Source: a virus | Length of the DNA: 64,000 nucleotides | Virus record (IMG/VR): IMGVR_UViG_3300022925_000006 | Strand: one strand, 5' to 3' | Part shown: piece by piece, positions 18,644 through 28,521 of the stretch | How positions within the stretch are numbered: position 1 is the stretch's first letter | Layout: each line of letters opens with the position of its first letter | Program-made: the position numbers and the translations under genes | The notes under the pieces: generated by a model | The model's input: only the letters and a program-made list of their open reading frames with translations | What the model was told of the DNA's origin: nothing | Database searches by the model: none

Positions 18644-19308
18644 AGGGAATGTTAAATATAGAAAATGGTGAAACCTATAAGGTTCGTGACGTATGGAGTT
18701 ATGACGTTACGGTTACCAAAGACTCAGTCCACTACCTTGGAGATGAGTTTGAAGGAACAAGTTATCTAATGGGTAAGAATTGTGATATTGATGTGAAAAA
18801 AGGATACACCATTCACCGTGGTGATTTTGCAGGACAGATAGGAAAAGAGTTTCTAGTATCTGGCGAGACGTTTGCTCATATAAAATTCTATGGATTATCC
18901 ATGAATGATGACCGACTGTTTATACCTCATGGTCTACCGAAGGGTAATCTATCCTACATGGATGGTGGTACAAACACCACCGCAGTAAATCCTGGCAGAC
19001 TGGGACTTCCTGTTATCAACTATGTCCACTTCCCCGCAGGGATGAAACAAACCCTACACACCCATCCAAGTCAACGTATTGGTCTTATACTTTCTGGTAA
19101 AGGTGAGATTGAACTTGACAATGGTGTAATGTTTCCTATCAAAGAAGGTGACTGTTGGGTGATGGATAGAAATGTGTTACACAACTTCATGTGTAACCAA
19201 GGTGAAGATGTCACCCTATTTGTGTTCAGTCCTGACTCTGGTACAGGGCCGACAGATGAAATTAATCCATTGAAGGTGAGAACTTATGTCGGACAAACAC
19301 GGGTCTAA
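18640..19308 (+). CDS. Cupin-domain protein
   Basis: HTHPSQRIGLILSGKG...EGD...LHNF. Confidence 0.8.
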   Translation: MKGMLNIENGETYKVRDVWSYDVTVTKDSVHYLGDEFEGTSYLMGKNCDIDVKKGYTIHRGDFAGQIGKEFLVSGETFAHIKFYGLSMNDDRLFIPHGLPKGNLSYMDGGTNTTAVNPGRLGLPVINYVHFPAGMKQTLHTHPSQRIGLILSGKGEIELDNGVMFPIKEGDCWVMDRNVLHNFMCNQGEDVTLFVFSPDSGTGPTDEINPLKVRTYVGQTRV

Positions 19309-19924
19309 GAAACTACTCATAATTACAGGGCCCCAAGGTTCTGGAAATCATCTATTCAGCAAGGTGTTCAGTTATCATTCAGATGTAGTGGGATGGGACT
19401 TTGGTGACAAGTACTGGATACCATCTGACGAAGAACCCTTTGCGGAGTGTTGGGTTGACCCATCCAAGACAAAGAGTCAATTGACCCAAGACTATGTGGT
19501 TGCAAATGTTAGTGTACCATTTGTCTATGATGGCGTCAAGCAAATTCCTCAAATACAAGAAGTTGTTTACGAAGCACAAGATGCGGGTTATGAAGTGAAG
19601 GTCTGTATCGTAACAAGAGACCGAACCATTAACGAAGAACAACAACTCAGAGTTCGTAAGGAAGTAACCCTACCAACCGCCTTGCAGTACTACTACAACC
19701 TAGATGCGACTATAGAATTTATATCACACGAATCACTCTACCTTTATGGTGGTGCATATCTGAAATGGTTAGGTAAAGTTCTTGACTTTCCGATTGCCTA
19801 TAGTGACGAACGAATATTGAAAGACATCAAAGAGAACCAGAATGCAAAGTACGTGAAACACGTAGAGGAACACTGGTTGGATGAACATGTATGGAATGGG
19901 ATAAGACCAAAAAATGAAAGGTAA
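19286..19924 (+). CDS. P-loop/sulfotransferase-like protein
   Basis: IITGPQGSGNHL resembles a 5'-PSB or P-loop. Confidence 0.5.
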   Translation: MSDKHGSKKLLIITGPQGSGNHLFSKVFSYHSDVVGWDFGDKYWIPSDEEPFAECWVDPSKTKSQLTQDYVVANVSVPFVYDGVKQIPQIQEVVYEAQDAGYEVKVCIVTRDRTINEEQQLRVRKEVTLPTALQYYYNLDATIEFISHESLYLYGGAYLKWLGKVLDFPIAYSDERILKDIKENQNAKYVKHVEEHWLDEHVWNGIRPKNER

Positions 19925-20483
19925 GTATTTATTAATGACAGGAGCGCCAGGCAGTAGATGGTCTGGGGTTGCAAATAACATTCACGTATCTAGTAGTTTT
20001 GACCAGACTGATTGCACTGAAGAGAGGTCATTCTCTCATCATAATGGATTAGTACATGGCGGTGCATATTTTGACCCCATGATGGAGTTTCCGTTTCGAA
20101 AAGAAGAATGGGACTTGCCTTTTTCTGGTGAAGGTGTTAGACTAATAAAGTCACACACATTAGCTACATCTCTACTTTACTATGTTGACCATCCTATTGT
20201 TATGGTATTGAGAAATGATTATGAGTGTTGGACATGGTGGAACGAGTGTGGTGGTTTTGATATCCCCTATCCCAACTATGCATGGTACAAAAATCAAGAC
20301 AATATGTTTGCTCAGATTACGTTGCAAAATATGTCTATAAATTCTTTCATATATAACCATAGAGATAAAGTAACTAAATGTGAAAGTAATCTTGAAGTAC
20401 TAAAAAAATTAGGATTAGACTCTAACGTGACAAAAGATAATTATAGTAAAAAAGATGTGAGTGTATATGTCTACCAACCTTAA
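19914..20483 (+). CDS. P-loop/sulfotransferase-like protein
   Basis: MTGAPGSRWS, LIKSH, MVLRN. Confidence 0.45.
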   Translation: MKGKYLLMTGAPGSRWSGVANNIHVSSSFDQTDCTEERSFSHHNGLVHGGAYFDPMMEFPFRKEEWDLPFSGEGVRLIKSHTLATSLLYYVDHPIVMVLRNDYECWTWWNECGGFDIPYPNYAWYKNQDNMFAQITLQNMSINSFIYNHRDKVTKCESNLEVLKKLGLDSNVTKDNYSKKDVSVYVYQP

Positions 20484-21012
20484 TCCACATATGGATTTTT
20501 TAAAAGATTACTTTACATACGACTGGCCAAGTTCACGTACTGCGGGACTTGATAGATATTACTGGACGGGGTTTAAATTAATTGAAGAAATCAGAGAAGG
20601 GGAATCAGTTCTGGATGTTGGTTGTGGTCTCAATCCTCTTAAGCGTCATATTACCAATCTTCATGGAATTGATATCACAGACATAGGTTCCGATGAACAG
20701 GTTGCAATTGAAGACTACCATACAGATGAGAAGTTTGATGTTGCGTTTGCACTGGGTAGTATCAACTTTGGTGATTGGGAACTAATCCAACAACAGACTA
20801 AGTCAATGTGTAATGCATTGAAACAGAAGTCACGTATCTATTGGAGATGTAATCCCGCACACCGTGACCATGGTAATGATAAGGTACAGGATGTGCCTTT
20901 TTGGCACTGGACACTAGACCACCACTTGTTGTTATCAAAACAAAACGGGTTTGAGGTGACTGAGTTTATGCAAGACCTTAATCGATATTATGTGAAATGG
21001 GAAAGAACATGA
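20467..21012 (+). CDS. Class I SAM-dependent methyltransferase
   Basis: VLDVGCG, GIDI, KFDVAF. Confidence 0.8.
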   Translation: MSTNLNPHMDFLKDYFTYDWPSSRTAGLDRYYWTGFKLIEEIREGESVLDVGCGLNPLKRHITNLHGIDITDIGSDEQVAIEDYHTDEKFDVAFALGSINFGDWELIQQQTKSMCNALKQKSRIYWRCNPAHRDHGNDKVQDVPFWHWTLDHHLLLSKQNGFEVTEFMQDLNRYYVKWERT

Positions 21013-21704
21013 TGGGGAAAAAAATATTTATTCATATCCCCAAGAACGGAGGAATGACCATAAGGAGAAATCCCGAACTGTCAAGTAAGGTGTTTCTGGC
21101 ACAGCCAAAGAACCATATCAATCCTGAGTATACCCAAGGTCTTGTTTCTAAAATGAAACAGACTAAAGACCATGAGGGTTATGAACATGCTCGTTGGAGA
21201 GACTGGAAGGTAGAACTACGAAATGAAGTTCCTGCTTTTGCCTTCGTTCGTAATCCTTGGGACAGGGTTGTGTCTCGTTACTTTTTCGCAAAGAAAGTTA
21301 TTGAAATAGAAGAGAACTCTGACCACTACGGTGAGACTGATTACTGTGACTGTTCATCCTTCGAAGCTTTTCTAGAGGAAAGACATAAGTGGGGAAACGA
21401 AGAATATATGTGGCATCGTGCAGTTCGTGGTTGGTATAATGCATTTGATTATGTCGAGAACGGAAATGGTAAAGTCGTTTGTGATATACTTCGATTTGAA
21501 AACTATAATGAAGATATTAAACTGTATCTTGGAACTCTGACTAACCCACCACCACGTAATGTGACTGCGGTAAACAAGGGTTCTTATCAAGATATATACA
21601 CTAAAGAGACTATACAGATTATTGCAGACTGGTATAAAAAAGATATAGACTATTGGGGTTTTGATTTTGATACAGGTGCAACCAAAAACATTTGGAATGG
21701 ATAA
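20997..21704 (+). CDS. Sulfotransferase family 2 (carbohydrate sulfotransferase-like)
   Basis: FIHIPKNGGMTI (5'-PSB), FVRNPWDRVVSRY (3'-PB), LRFEN. Confidence 0.82.
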   Translation: MGKNMMGKKIFIHIPKNGGMTIRRNPELSSKVFLAQPKNHINPEYTQGLVSKMKQTKDHEGYEHARWRDWKVELRNEVPAFAFVRNPWDRVVSRYFFAKKVIEIEENSDHYGETDYCDCSSFEAFLEERHKWGNEEYMWHRAVRGWYNAFDYVENGNGKVVCDILRFENYNEDIKLYLGTLTNPPPRNVTAVNKGSYQDIYTKETIQIIADWYKKDIDYWGFDFDTGATKNIWNG

Positions 21705-22290
21705 GGTTATATTCATACATATTCCTAAGAATGGAGGAATGACTATACAACACAACGGTGTGTTTAAAGATAAAGTTCATATCCATTTATGGAAAAAAGA
21801 ACATCGTCATTGGCGATATCTTGATATGAAAGACGATATATTAAAAAAGTATAAAACTTTTGCTATAGTAAGAAACCCTTGGTCAAGAATTGTATCTCGT
21901 TATATGTGGTCAAAACTTGATTGGCCAAAAGAATATCCAAAATTTACTTCGTTTGAAGATTTTATTGAACAACGAAATGAATTTCCAACCGAGGATTTTT
22001 ATATGTGCCCTATTCGTAGTTGGTTAACTCAATACGATTATGTTGTTGAAGAAGACGAAAAAATTAATAGTAACATTCTTCGTTTTGAAAACTATGATGA
22101 GGACATAAATTTATATTTTAATTTAAAACATAATGTGACACCTAGTAATGTTACAGGATACGATATATCTTACAGGGATATATACACTAAAGAAACTATA
22201 CAGATTGTAGCCGATTGGTATCAAAAGGACATTGACCATTGGGGATTTGACTTTGATACAGGTGCAACGAGGAACTATTGGAATGCTTAA
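21697..22290 (+). CDS. Sulfotransferase family 2, tandem paralog
   Basis: FIHIPKNGGMTI, IVRNPWSRIVSRY, LRFEN. Confidence 0.82.
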   Translation: MDKVIFIHIPKNGGMTIQHNGVFKDKVHIHLWKKEHRHWRYLDMKDDILKKYKTFAIVRNPWSRIVSRYMWSKLDWPKEYPKFTSFEDFIEQRNEFPTEDFYMCPIRSWLTQYDYVVEEDEKINSNILRFENYDEDINLYFNLKHNVTPSNVTGYDISYRDIYTKETIQIVADWYQKDIDHWGFDFDTGATRNYWNA

Positions 22291-22900
22291 ACAATTATTT
22301 GACAAATACAAGTGCGATAAGGGCACAGAGAAACATCATTACTATAAAGAGTATGAACCATACATGGAGTCTGTAAGAGAAGAACCTATCAATCTTCTTG
22401 AGATTGGTACGTTTAAGGCAGCTTCTACTCGTGCATTTCATGAATACTTTCCTAACGGAACAATTTACACTATTGATATCTTTACTCGCACCAATCCCAA
22501 AGACCTAGATATTCTGAGTGAAGAACGTGTCAAGTGGTTAAAAGCAGATTCTATGGACGCATCTCTTGGTACGAAAATGAGGAATGCGTGGGGTGATGTC
22601 GAGTTTGATTTTATTATCGATGATGGCGCTCACTGGCCCGAAGCTAATCGACTGACCTTTGAGAACTGTATCCCGTTCCTAAAAGATGATGGAACATACT
22701 TTATCGAAGATATATGGCCTATGCATCGTATGAGTCAAGCAGAGTTACAACACCCTTGGATTCAGAATAGATTAGACCTGTATGACATGTTGAAACATAA
22801 CCGTCTTATGACTAAACTCTCAGAATATAGTCACAAGACATACGATAGACGCAAGGAAACTAAGTGTGGTGACACTTATATTATAGCGGTAAATAAATGA
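22283..22900 (+). CDS. SAM-dependent (sugar O-)methyltransferase
   Basis: CDKG..HHY, LLEIG, FDFIIDDGAH, YFIED. Confidence 0.8.
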   Translation: MLKQLFDKYKCDKGTEKHHYYKEYEPYMESVREEPINLLEIGTFKAASTRAFHEYFPNGTIYTIDIFTRTNPKDLDILSEERVKWLKADSMDASLGTKMRNAWGDVEFDFIIDDGAHWPEANRLTFENCIPFLKDDGTYFIEDIWPMHRMSQAELQHPWIQNRLDLYDMLKHNRLMTKLSEYSHKTYDRRKETKCGDTYIIAVNK

Positions 22901-24243
22901 TAAAGACAATTCTATTTGACCTAGACGGTGTTCTGGTCAGTACTAAGAAAATACATTTCGATGCTTTGAATGAAGCGTTGGATAAGTTTGGTTATCCACA
23001 AATAACAGTAAAGGAACATCTATCTAAGTATGACGGTCTGACTACAGAAGATAAGTTGGAAAGGCTGGGTGTATCGAAGGACGTGATTGATAAACTTCAA
23101 ATACACAAACAATCTGTCACTTACTACAAAATGAACACTATCAAACCGAACAAGGACATTACTGAAGTCTTTGGTAAACTTAAAGAACTTGGATTTACTA
23201 TTGGTATCTGTTCTAATGCTATCGGTAAGACTGTACAAAAATGCGTAGAGATGTTACAACTTGATGAGTATGTGGATGTTGTTCTGAGTAGTTACGATGT
23301 TACCAACCCAAAACCACACCCTGAGATTTGGTGGAATGCAATGATAGGTTTGGGTGTACATCCTTCTGAGTGTATCATCATCGAAGATTCTCCGACAGGA
23401 TTGATGTCTGCATATTCTAGTGGTGTACCTGAACATCAAATTCTACGAGTTAGTTCTCCCGAAGATGTTACTCTAAGTTTGGTTGATAGAATTCAAAATG
23501 GCAAAAATACGACACTTAAATGGGTTGACCCAAAGATGAACGTATTGATTCCTATGGCGGGTGCGGGTAGTCGATTTGCAAAAGCTGGATATAGTTTTCC
23601 CAAACCTTTGATTGATGTCAATGGTAAACCAATGATTCAGACTGTGGTCGAGAACCTTGGTATTGATGCAAACTATATCTTTATTGTACAGAAGGAACAC
23701 CGAGAAAAGTATAACTTAGACTCTATGTTAAATTTGATTGCACCAAACTGTAGAATCATTGAAGTAGATGGTGTTACCGAAGGTGCAGCTTGCACGACAT
23801 TACTTGCAGAAGAGTATATTGCCAATGAACAACCACTGATTATTGCAAACTCTGACCAATGGGTAGATTGGAATCCAATTGAGTTTATGTATAAGATGCA
23901 AGAACTAAACGCAGATGGTGGTATTGTTACTTTTAAAGCAACACACCCTAAGTGGAGTTATGCAAAAGTTGATAATGATGGCATGGTAACCAAGGTTGCC
24001 GAAAAAGACCCAATCAGTGATAATGCGACTGTTGGTTTCTATTACTGGAAACGTGGTGAGGATTATGTTGAGTCTGCAAAAGATATGATTGCTATGCAGA
24101 AACGAGTGAACGGTGAGTTCTATGTGTGTCCTGTATTCAATCAGGCAATTCTAATGGGTAAGAAAATCTTTATTCATGAAGCATCTGAGATGTGGGGACT
24201 TGGTACACCCGAAGACCTAGAGACATACTTACGTGGTTGCTAA
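22897..24243 (+). CDS. HAD phosphatase fused to sugar/polyol nucleotidyltransferase
   Basis: FDLDGVL, KPHP, IEDS; then IPMAGAGSRF, PKPLI, EK, GLGTPEDL. Confidence 0.85.
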   Translation: MIKTILFDLDGVLVSTKKIHFDALNEALDKFGYPQITVKEHLSKYDGLTTEDKLERLGVSKDVIDKLQIHKQSVTYYKMNTIKPNKDITEVFGKLKELGFTIGICSNAIGKTVQKCVEMLQLDEYVDVVLSSYDVTNPKPHPEIWWNAMIGLGVHPSECIIIEDSPTGLMSAYSSGVPEHQILRVSSPEDVTLSLVDRIQNGKNTTLKWVDPKMNVLIPMAGAGSRFAKAGYSFPKPLIDVNGKPMIQTVVENLGIDANYIFIVQKEHREKYNLDSMLNLIAPNCRIIEVDGVTEGAACTTLLAEEYIANEQPLIIANSDQWVDWNPIEFMYKMQELNADGGIVTFKATHPKWSYAKVDNDGMVTKVAEKDPISDNATVGFYYWKRGEDYVESAKDMIAMQKRVNGEFYVCPVFNQAILMGKKIFIHEASEMWGLGTPEDLETYLRGC

Positions 24244-25001
24244 TGAAGATTGCATTGTGTCTATCGGGTAGATGGAATGAGTTTTGTGATTCAAAGTGGG
24301 TAGAACGTTCGAGGGAAATTCTTCCTCACGATAAGATGTTCACTGGTTTATGGAATGGTCAAAGTGCGGTGGATACCACCGTAGATTTCTATTTTGATGA
24401 ACCCGAAAACAAATATCATCCTGTATTTGATACTGAAGCCTATCCTGATGATGCGTCTCGTTTAAGACGGGATATCTTTCCTAAACTACTTAAAAATGCC
24501 GAAGAGGGAGACACTAGTCATAGTCAGTTGAAACACGCACATGCATCTGCGAACTGGCACAAACAGATTCTCATACACAATGAGATGATGAAGTCAGTAC
24601 CACAAGAATACGATATGATTATTCGTACACGATTTGATGTAATAGTATCTGACCAATTACCTTGGGATGATATTATCAAAGATGCATACGAAAGAATAAT
24701 TCCGAAAGGATTCAATTGTATGAACTACTATGGCACTCATGACTTCAATAAACTTAAAGGTATGAGTAAGGAGACTACTTACTATATCAATGATGCGTTG
24801 ATAATCCATCCAAGAGAGTGTTGGGATACGGACTTAGTGGATTCTCTATATAAGGATAAGAAGTTAAAAAGTGCAGAAGAGGGATGGTATCAAATACTAT
24901 CCGAACCCTTTGGATTTTATCATGAGAGTTATCATGGTGGATGTTACCTATCAGAGAGATGGGAGTATGTGAGAGATGTTGATGAAAGCCTTCATAATTA
25001 G
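24243..25001 (+). CDS. Hypothetical glycan-cluster protein (MKIALCLSG type)
   Basis: MKIALCLSG and YDMIIRTRFD, GT-A-like. Confidence 0.55.
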   Translation: MKIALCLSGRWNEFCDSKWVERSREILPHDKMFTGLWNGQSAVDTTVDFYFDEPENKYHPVFDTEAYPDDASRLRRDIFPKLLKNAEEGDTSHSQLKHAHASANWHKQILIHNEMMKSVPQEYDMIIRTRFDVIVSDQLPWDDIIKDAYERIIPKGFNCMNYYGTHDFNKLKGMSKETTYYINDALIIHPRECWDTDLVDSLYKDKKLKSAEEGWYQILSEPFGFYHESYHGGCYLSERWEYVRDVDESLHN

Positions 25002-25695
25002 TATGATAAACAACCATGAGTCCACAGTTGCGACTCGTATGGTTATTGAATCTATTAAGAAAACTAAAAGTAAATTAGAACCAATTATTCTACCCGCAAC
25101 TACGCCTATGACAATAGGTGACGGAATGGAGTCTTTGGAGATGTCTGGTATAGCTTGGACATATCCTTTGGACGAACACCAAGACGGTCTTGATATGAAA
25201 ACAGGCCTGCGTCTTACTCATTACAAAACTGCGAACCATCCAAATCGAGTTGCGTGTATGATATCTCATATGAGATGTTGGCAGAAAGCAATCGACCTTG
25301 ATGAGACCATTGTTGTACTGGAACATGATGCACTGTTTGCCAGACAATTAAAACCTAATGACTTGACAGAAGAGTGGAAAGGTGGTATAATAGGGCTTAA
25401 TGACCCAAGAGGTGCAACTAGAAGGTCTCAAGAGTTTCATAGAAAAGTATCATCATTCGTTGGCCTACAACCAGTTCCTAGTGTAGATGACTGGGACGTA
25501 CCCCAAGGTCTTGCGGGTAATTCCGCATATATGATATCACCCAAGGGTGCTAAGAAACTACTAGATAAGGTGAAAGATATCGGAATGTGGCCTAATGATG
25601 CATTGATGTGTAAACAGATGTTTCCGTGGTTACAGGTTGTGTATCCTTATTATACAACTATACAGAGGGGGTTGAAGTCAACCACAACACAATGA
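24976..25695 (+). CDS. GT25-like glycosyltransferase
   Basis: ACMISHMRCW, VLEHDA, AYMISPKGAKKLL. Confidence 0.78.
   Translation: MLMKAFIISMINNHESTVATRMVIESIKKTKSKLEPIILPATTPMTIGDGMESLEMSGIAWTYPLDEHQDGLDMKTGLRLTHYKTANHPNRVACMISHMRCWQKAIDLDETIVVLEHDALFARQLKPNDLTEEWKGGIIGLNDPRGATRRSQEFHRKVSSFVGLQPVPSVDDWDVPQGLAGNSAYMISPKGAKKLLDKVKDIGMWPNDALMCKQMFPWLQVVYPYYTTIQRGLKSTTTQ
25363..25391 (+). promoter_or_regulatory. Intragenic sigma70 promoter
   Basis: TTGACA-N17-TATAAT with extended TG, inside a CDS. Confidence 0.55.
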
Positions 25696-26339
25696 AAGCA
25701 TTTGTAATTACAATTAAAGACAATCCACAATCATTAAAGGTTGCGGAACGTTGTATCGAATCTGGATGGAGACATGAACTTCAAATTAAAATGTTTGATG
25801 CCATTACTCCTAAAGATAATCCTGTAGAACTATTAAAGACAAGGGGTATTGACCCCGTACAATTTGATGAGAAGTATTCTCGTAACTTGAATTGTATTTC
25901 GGCATTCCTATCACACTACGCATTGTGGGAAGCCTGTTCCAAGGGTAACGAGAACTTTGTTATCTTTGAACATGATGCCGTGATGGTGGCACCACTACCA
26001 TTTGTGTTTCCTAACTATGTGATGAATATGGGAAAACCATCTTACGGTAAGTGGAACACTCCACCAATGTTAGGGATTAATCCGTTAACAACTAAACGAT
26101 ATTTTCCTGGCGCTCATGCGTACATGGTGACTCCAGCTGGTGCAAGACTATTGGTGGAGAATGCGCCACTGTATGCAAAACCAACTGACGTTTATTTAAA
26201 TCTGACCACATTCCCTTGGTTACAAGAGTGTTATCCTTTCGTTGCAGAAGCTAGAGATACTTTCACGACTATTCAAGTTGAAGAAGGTTGTAAAGCAAAA
26301 CATAATTGGAAAGAAGGATATGAAATCATCGATGCGTGA
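25692..26339 (+). CDS. GT25-like glycosyltransferase
   Basis: FDAITP, AFLSHYALW, IFEHDA, AYMVTPAGARLL. Confidence 0.78.
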   Translation: MKAFVITIKDNPQSLKVAERCIESGWRHELQIKMFDAITPKDNPVELLKTRGIDPVQFDEKYSRNLNCISAFLSHYALWEACSKGNENFVIFEHDAVMVAPLPFVFPNYVMNMGKPSYGKWNTPPMLGINPLTTKRYFPGAHAYMVTPAGARLLVENAPLYAKPTDVYLNLTTFPWLQECYPFVAEARDTFTTIQVEEGCKAKHNWKEGYEIIDA

Positions 26340-26997
26340 AGTATTTTTAACAGGGTGTGACGTAAACACCGAATGGCAATTGCCGTGGTTTATTAAGAAG
26401 TATAGAGAACACAATACGACTCCAATTATTTGTGCTGACTTTGGTATGAGCAAGGACGGTCGTAAACTTGCAGAAGAACACTTTGATTTGGTTATTGGTA
26501 TCATGAGTGAAGCACAAGGGTGGTTCAAGAAACCTCGTGCAATTCTGGACGCAACCAAACTAGATGATGTTGAAAAGGTTTGTTGGTTGGACACTGATTG
26601 TGAAGTTACCGATGACATCTCAACTATTTTTGATTTGACCGAAAAGGGTAAACTGGGTATGGTCAAAGACAGGCCTTGGTCTACTCGTAGAGATGAACTT
26701 GGAGAATGGTATAACTCTGGTGTAGTCGCAGTAGAAGGAACGCCTAATATCCTACGTGCGTGGGCAGACGAATGTATTCGCAATCCTGTACAGGGTGACC
26801 AAGAGGTTTTATATCTTATGATGGGTGGTGATGCCCTCAAGAAGTTATCATGCATTCAACCTATACCACACTCATATAACACTTTAAGATTAGACTACAT
26901 AGATAACATACAAGTAAAGAATCCAAAGATTATCCATCACACGGGTAAGAAGGGTAATGAAGTAATAAGGAGTCAAATGAATGAATTATCTAATTGA
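26320..26997 (+). CDS. GT-A fold glycosyltransferase (GT8-like)
   Basis: WLDTDC, YNSGVV, GDQEVL, IIHHTG. Confidence 0.7.
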   Translation: MKSSMREVFLTGCDVNTEWQLPWFIKKYREHNTTPIICADFGMSKDGRKLAEEHFDLVIGIMSEAQGWFKKPRAILDATKLDDVEKVCWLDTDCEVTDDISTIFDLTEKGKLGMVKDRPWSTRRDELGEWYNSGVVAVEGTPNILRAWADECIRNPVQGDQEVLYLMMGGDALKKLSCIQPIPHSYNTLRLDYIDNIQVKNPKIIHHTGKKGNEVIRSQMNELSN

Positions 26998-27196
26998 AGC
27001 ATTGGTTAAAAAACTAGAAGGTGAGATTGCGGTTGCACAAGCAAACATTACGGTGTACCAAAAGAATCCTGCTGGTATCGGAGAACACTCTGATATCGTA
27101 GAAGCGATTGAAGTGCAAATCGGTAAGATTGCAGAAGCAGAAGATAAACTCAATGTTTGTCTTGAACATTTTGGATTTGGAAAAAGGAATGCATGA
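26981..27196 (+). CDS. Conserved small phage protein
   Basis: AGGAG RBS; NPAGIGEHSDI motif. Confidence 0.7.
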   Translation: MNYLIEALVKKLEGEIAVAQANITVYQKNPAGIGEHSDIVEAIEVQIGKIAEAEDKLNVCLEHFGFGKRNA

Positions 27197-27596
27197 ATAC
27201 AGAACAAAAGTAGTACGTGTCGTTGATGGTGATACCGTTGACGTTGACATCGATTTAGGTTTTGGTGTCTGGTTAAGAAAAGAACGTATTCGCTTACTTG
27301 GTATCGACACCCCCGAATCACGAACACGTGATAAAGTTGAAAAGAAATATGGATTGGCTGCAAAAGCATTCCTCAAGAAAGCTTTAGGAACAACCCCTAT
27401 TCTTAAAACAACAAAGGATGGTAAGGGTAAGTTCGGACGTATCCTTGGTACATTTGTTGTTGAATATGACGATGGTAGTCGGATTGATATCAATCAATAT
27501 TTGGTTGACAATTACCATGCAGTAGAGTATAATGGACAATCTAAAGAAATTATTAAAGACCAACATTTGGCAAATAGAGAATTAGTACAACTATGA
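27189..27596 (+). CDS. Thermonuclease (SNase) family protein
   Basis: VVDGDT, IRLLGIDTPE, KFGRILG. Confidence 0.85.
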   Translation: MHEYRTKVVRVVDGDTVDVDIDLGFGVWLRKERIRLLGIDTPESRTRDKVEKKYGLAAKAFLKKALGTTPILKTTKDGKGKFGRILGTFVVEYDDGSRIDINQYLVDNYHAVEYNGQSKEIIKDQHLANRELVQL

Positions 27597-27847
27597 AAGT
27601 ATTACACAACAACGTCCTAGTGACACAAGCAGAAGTTGAAGAGAAAACCGCAGGTGGTATTATCCTATCGGGTGATGTCACGTCTGGTAATAAGCCAGCA
27701 ATCGTTATCGCAGTTGGTGATACGGTTGAGGATATCAAACCCAAGAACAAAGTATTTCTTGACTGGAGTAAATCCATGCCAGTAGAGATTGATGGTTTGA
27801 AGTGTGCGGTAATAAACCAATTAGATATTAAGTTGATTGTAGAGTAA
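27593..27847 (+). CDS. groES: Co-chaperonin GroES-like
   Basis: EEKTAGGIIL mobile loop, VIAVG. Confidence 0.8.
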   Translation: MKVLHNNVLVTQAEVEEKTAGGIILSGDVTSGNKPAIVIAVGDTVEDIKPKNKVFLDWSKSMPVEIDGLKCAVINQLDIKLIVE

Positions 27848-27850
27848 AAC

Positions 27851-28477
27851 ATGAGAGTTAATGTTCTAGGTAATGGTGACCATGCGGGAATCTTTAAGAG
27901 AGGAACGCCAGGCAAATTGTTGATTTGCAATATGCCCCCATTTGAAATTCCTCGTAGTGAAGTACACGCAACTTGTATGGTTGACTTCAAGATGATGAAG
28001 GCACTTCAAGAGGGTCGCATCAAACTGGACATGTATGATTGGGTATTGGGTCAAAGACCTAAAATCTGGATGGAACAGTCTGGAACATTCTATATGAAAT
28101 ACTCACATCTTATCAAGGGATTCTATACTCATATTCCCCCATATGCGGCAGGAAAGGGTGACCCCAAGATGGCTGCAACTAACTTCAATTGTGGCCACAT
28201 GGCAGTCCATTATGCATGTGCAAAGATGAGGGCTACCGAGGTTCACATCTATGGGTTTGATAGTATTTTTGATATGAACCTAGAGAGTTTCACTGACCTA
28301 CTTCTAGAGTCAGACCGCAGTACTGGTAACACTGTTAGACTCGCAAACAACTGGAGACCCATATGGACTAATATGTTTAAGGAGTTTCCTAATGTTGAGT
28401 TTAATCTATACCACTCTCATAATAACATCAAGATTCCTATTGGTGACAATGTAAAGATTCGTGCAAAAAGAACTTGA
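27851..28477 (+). CDS. Hypothetical, GT29/MAF-like fold possible
   Basis: VLGNG at N-terminus, GHMAV...EVHIYGFD. Confidence 0.5.
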   Translation: MRVNVLGNGDHAGIFKRGTPGKLLICNMPPFEIPRSEVHATCMVDFKMMKALQEGRIKLDMYDWVLGQRPKIWMEQSGTFYMKYSHLIKGFYTHIPPYAAGKGDPKMAATNFNCGHMAVHYACAKMRATEVHIYGFDSIFDMNLESFTDLLLESDRSTGNTVRLANNWRPIWTNMFKEFPNVEFNLYHSHNNIKIPIGDNVKIRAKRT

Positions 28478-28502
28478 CAATTTATATCAAGACTGATATA
28501 AT
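28474..28502 (+). promoter_or_regulatory. Sigma70 promoter for the tRNA pair
   Basis: TTGACA-N17-TATAAT, extended TG. Confidence 0.8.
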
Positions 28503-28521
28503 TATTAAATGATTGGGAATA

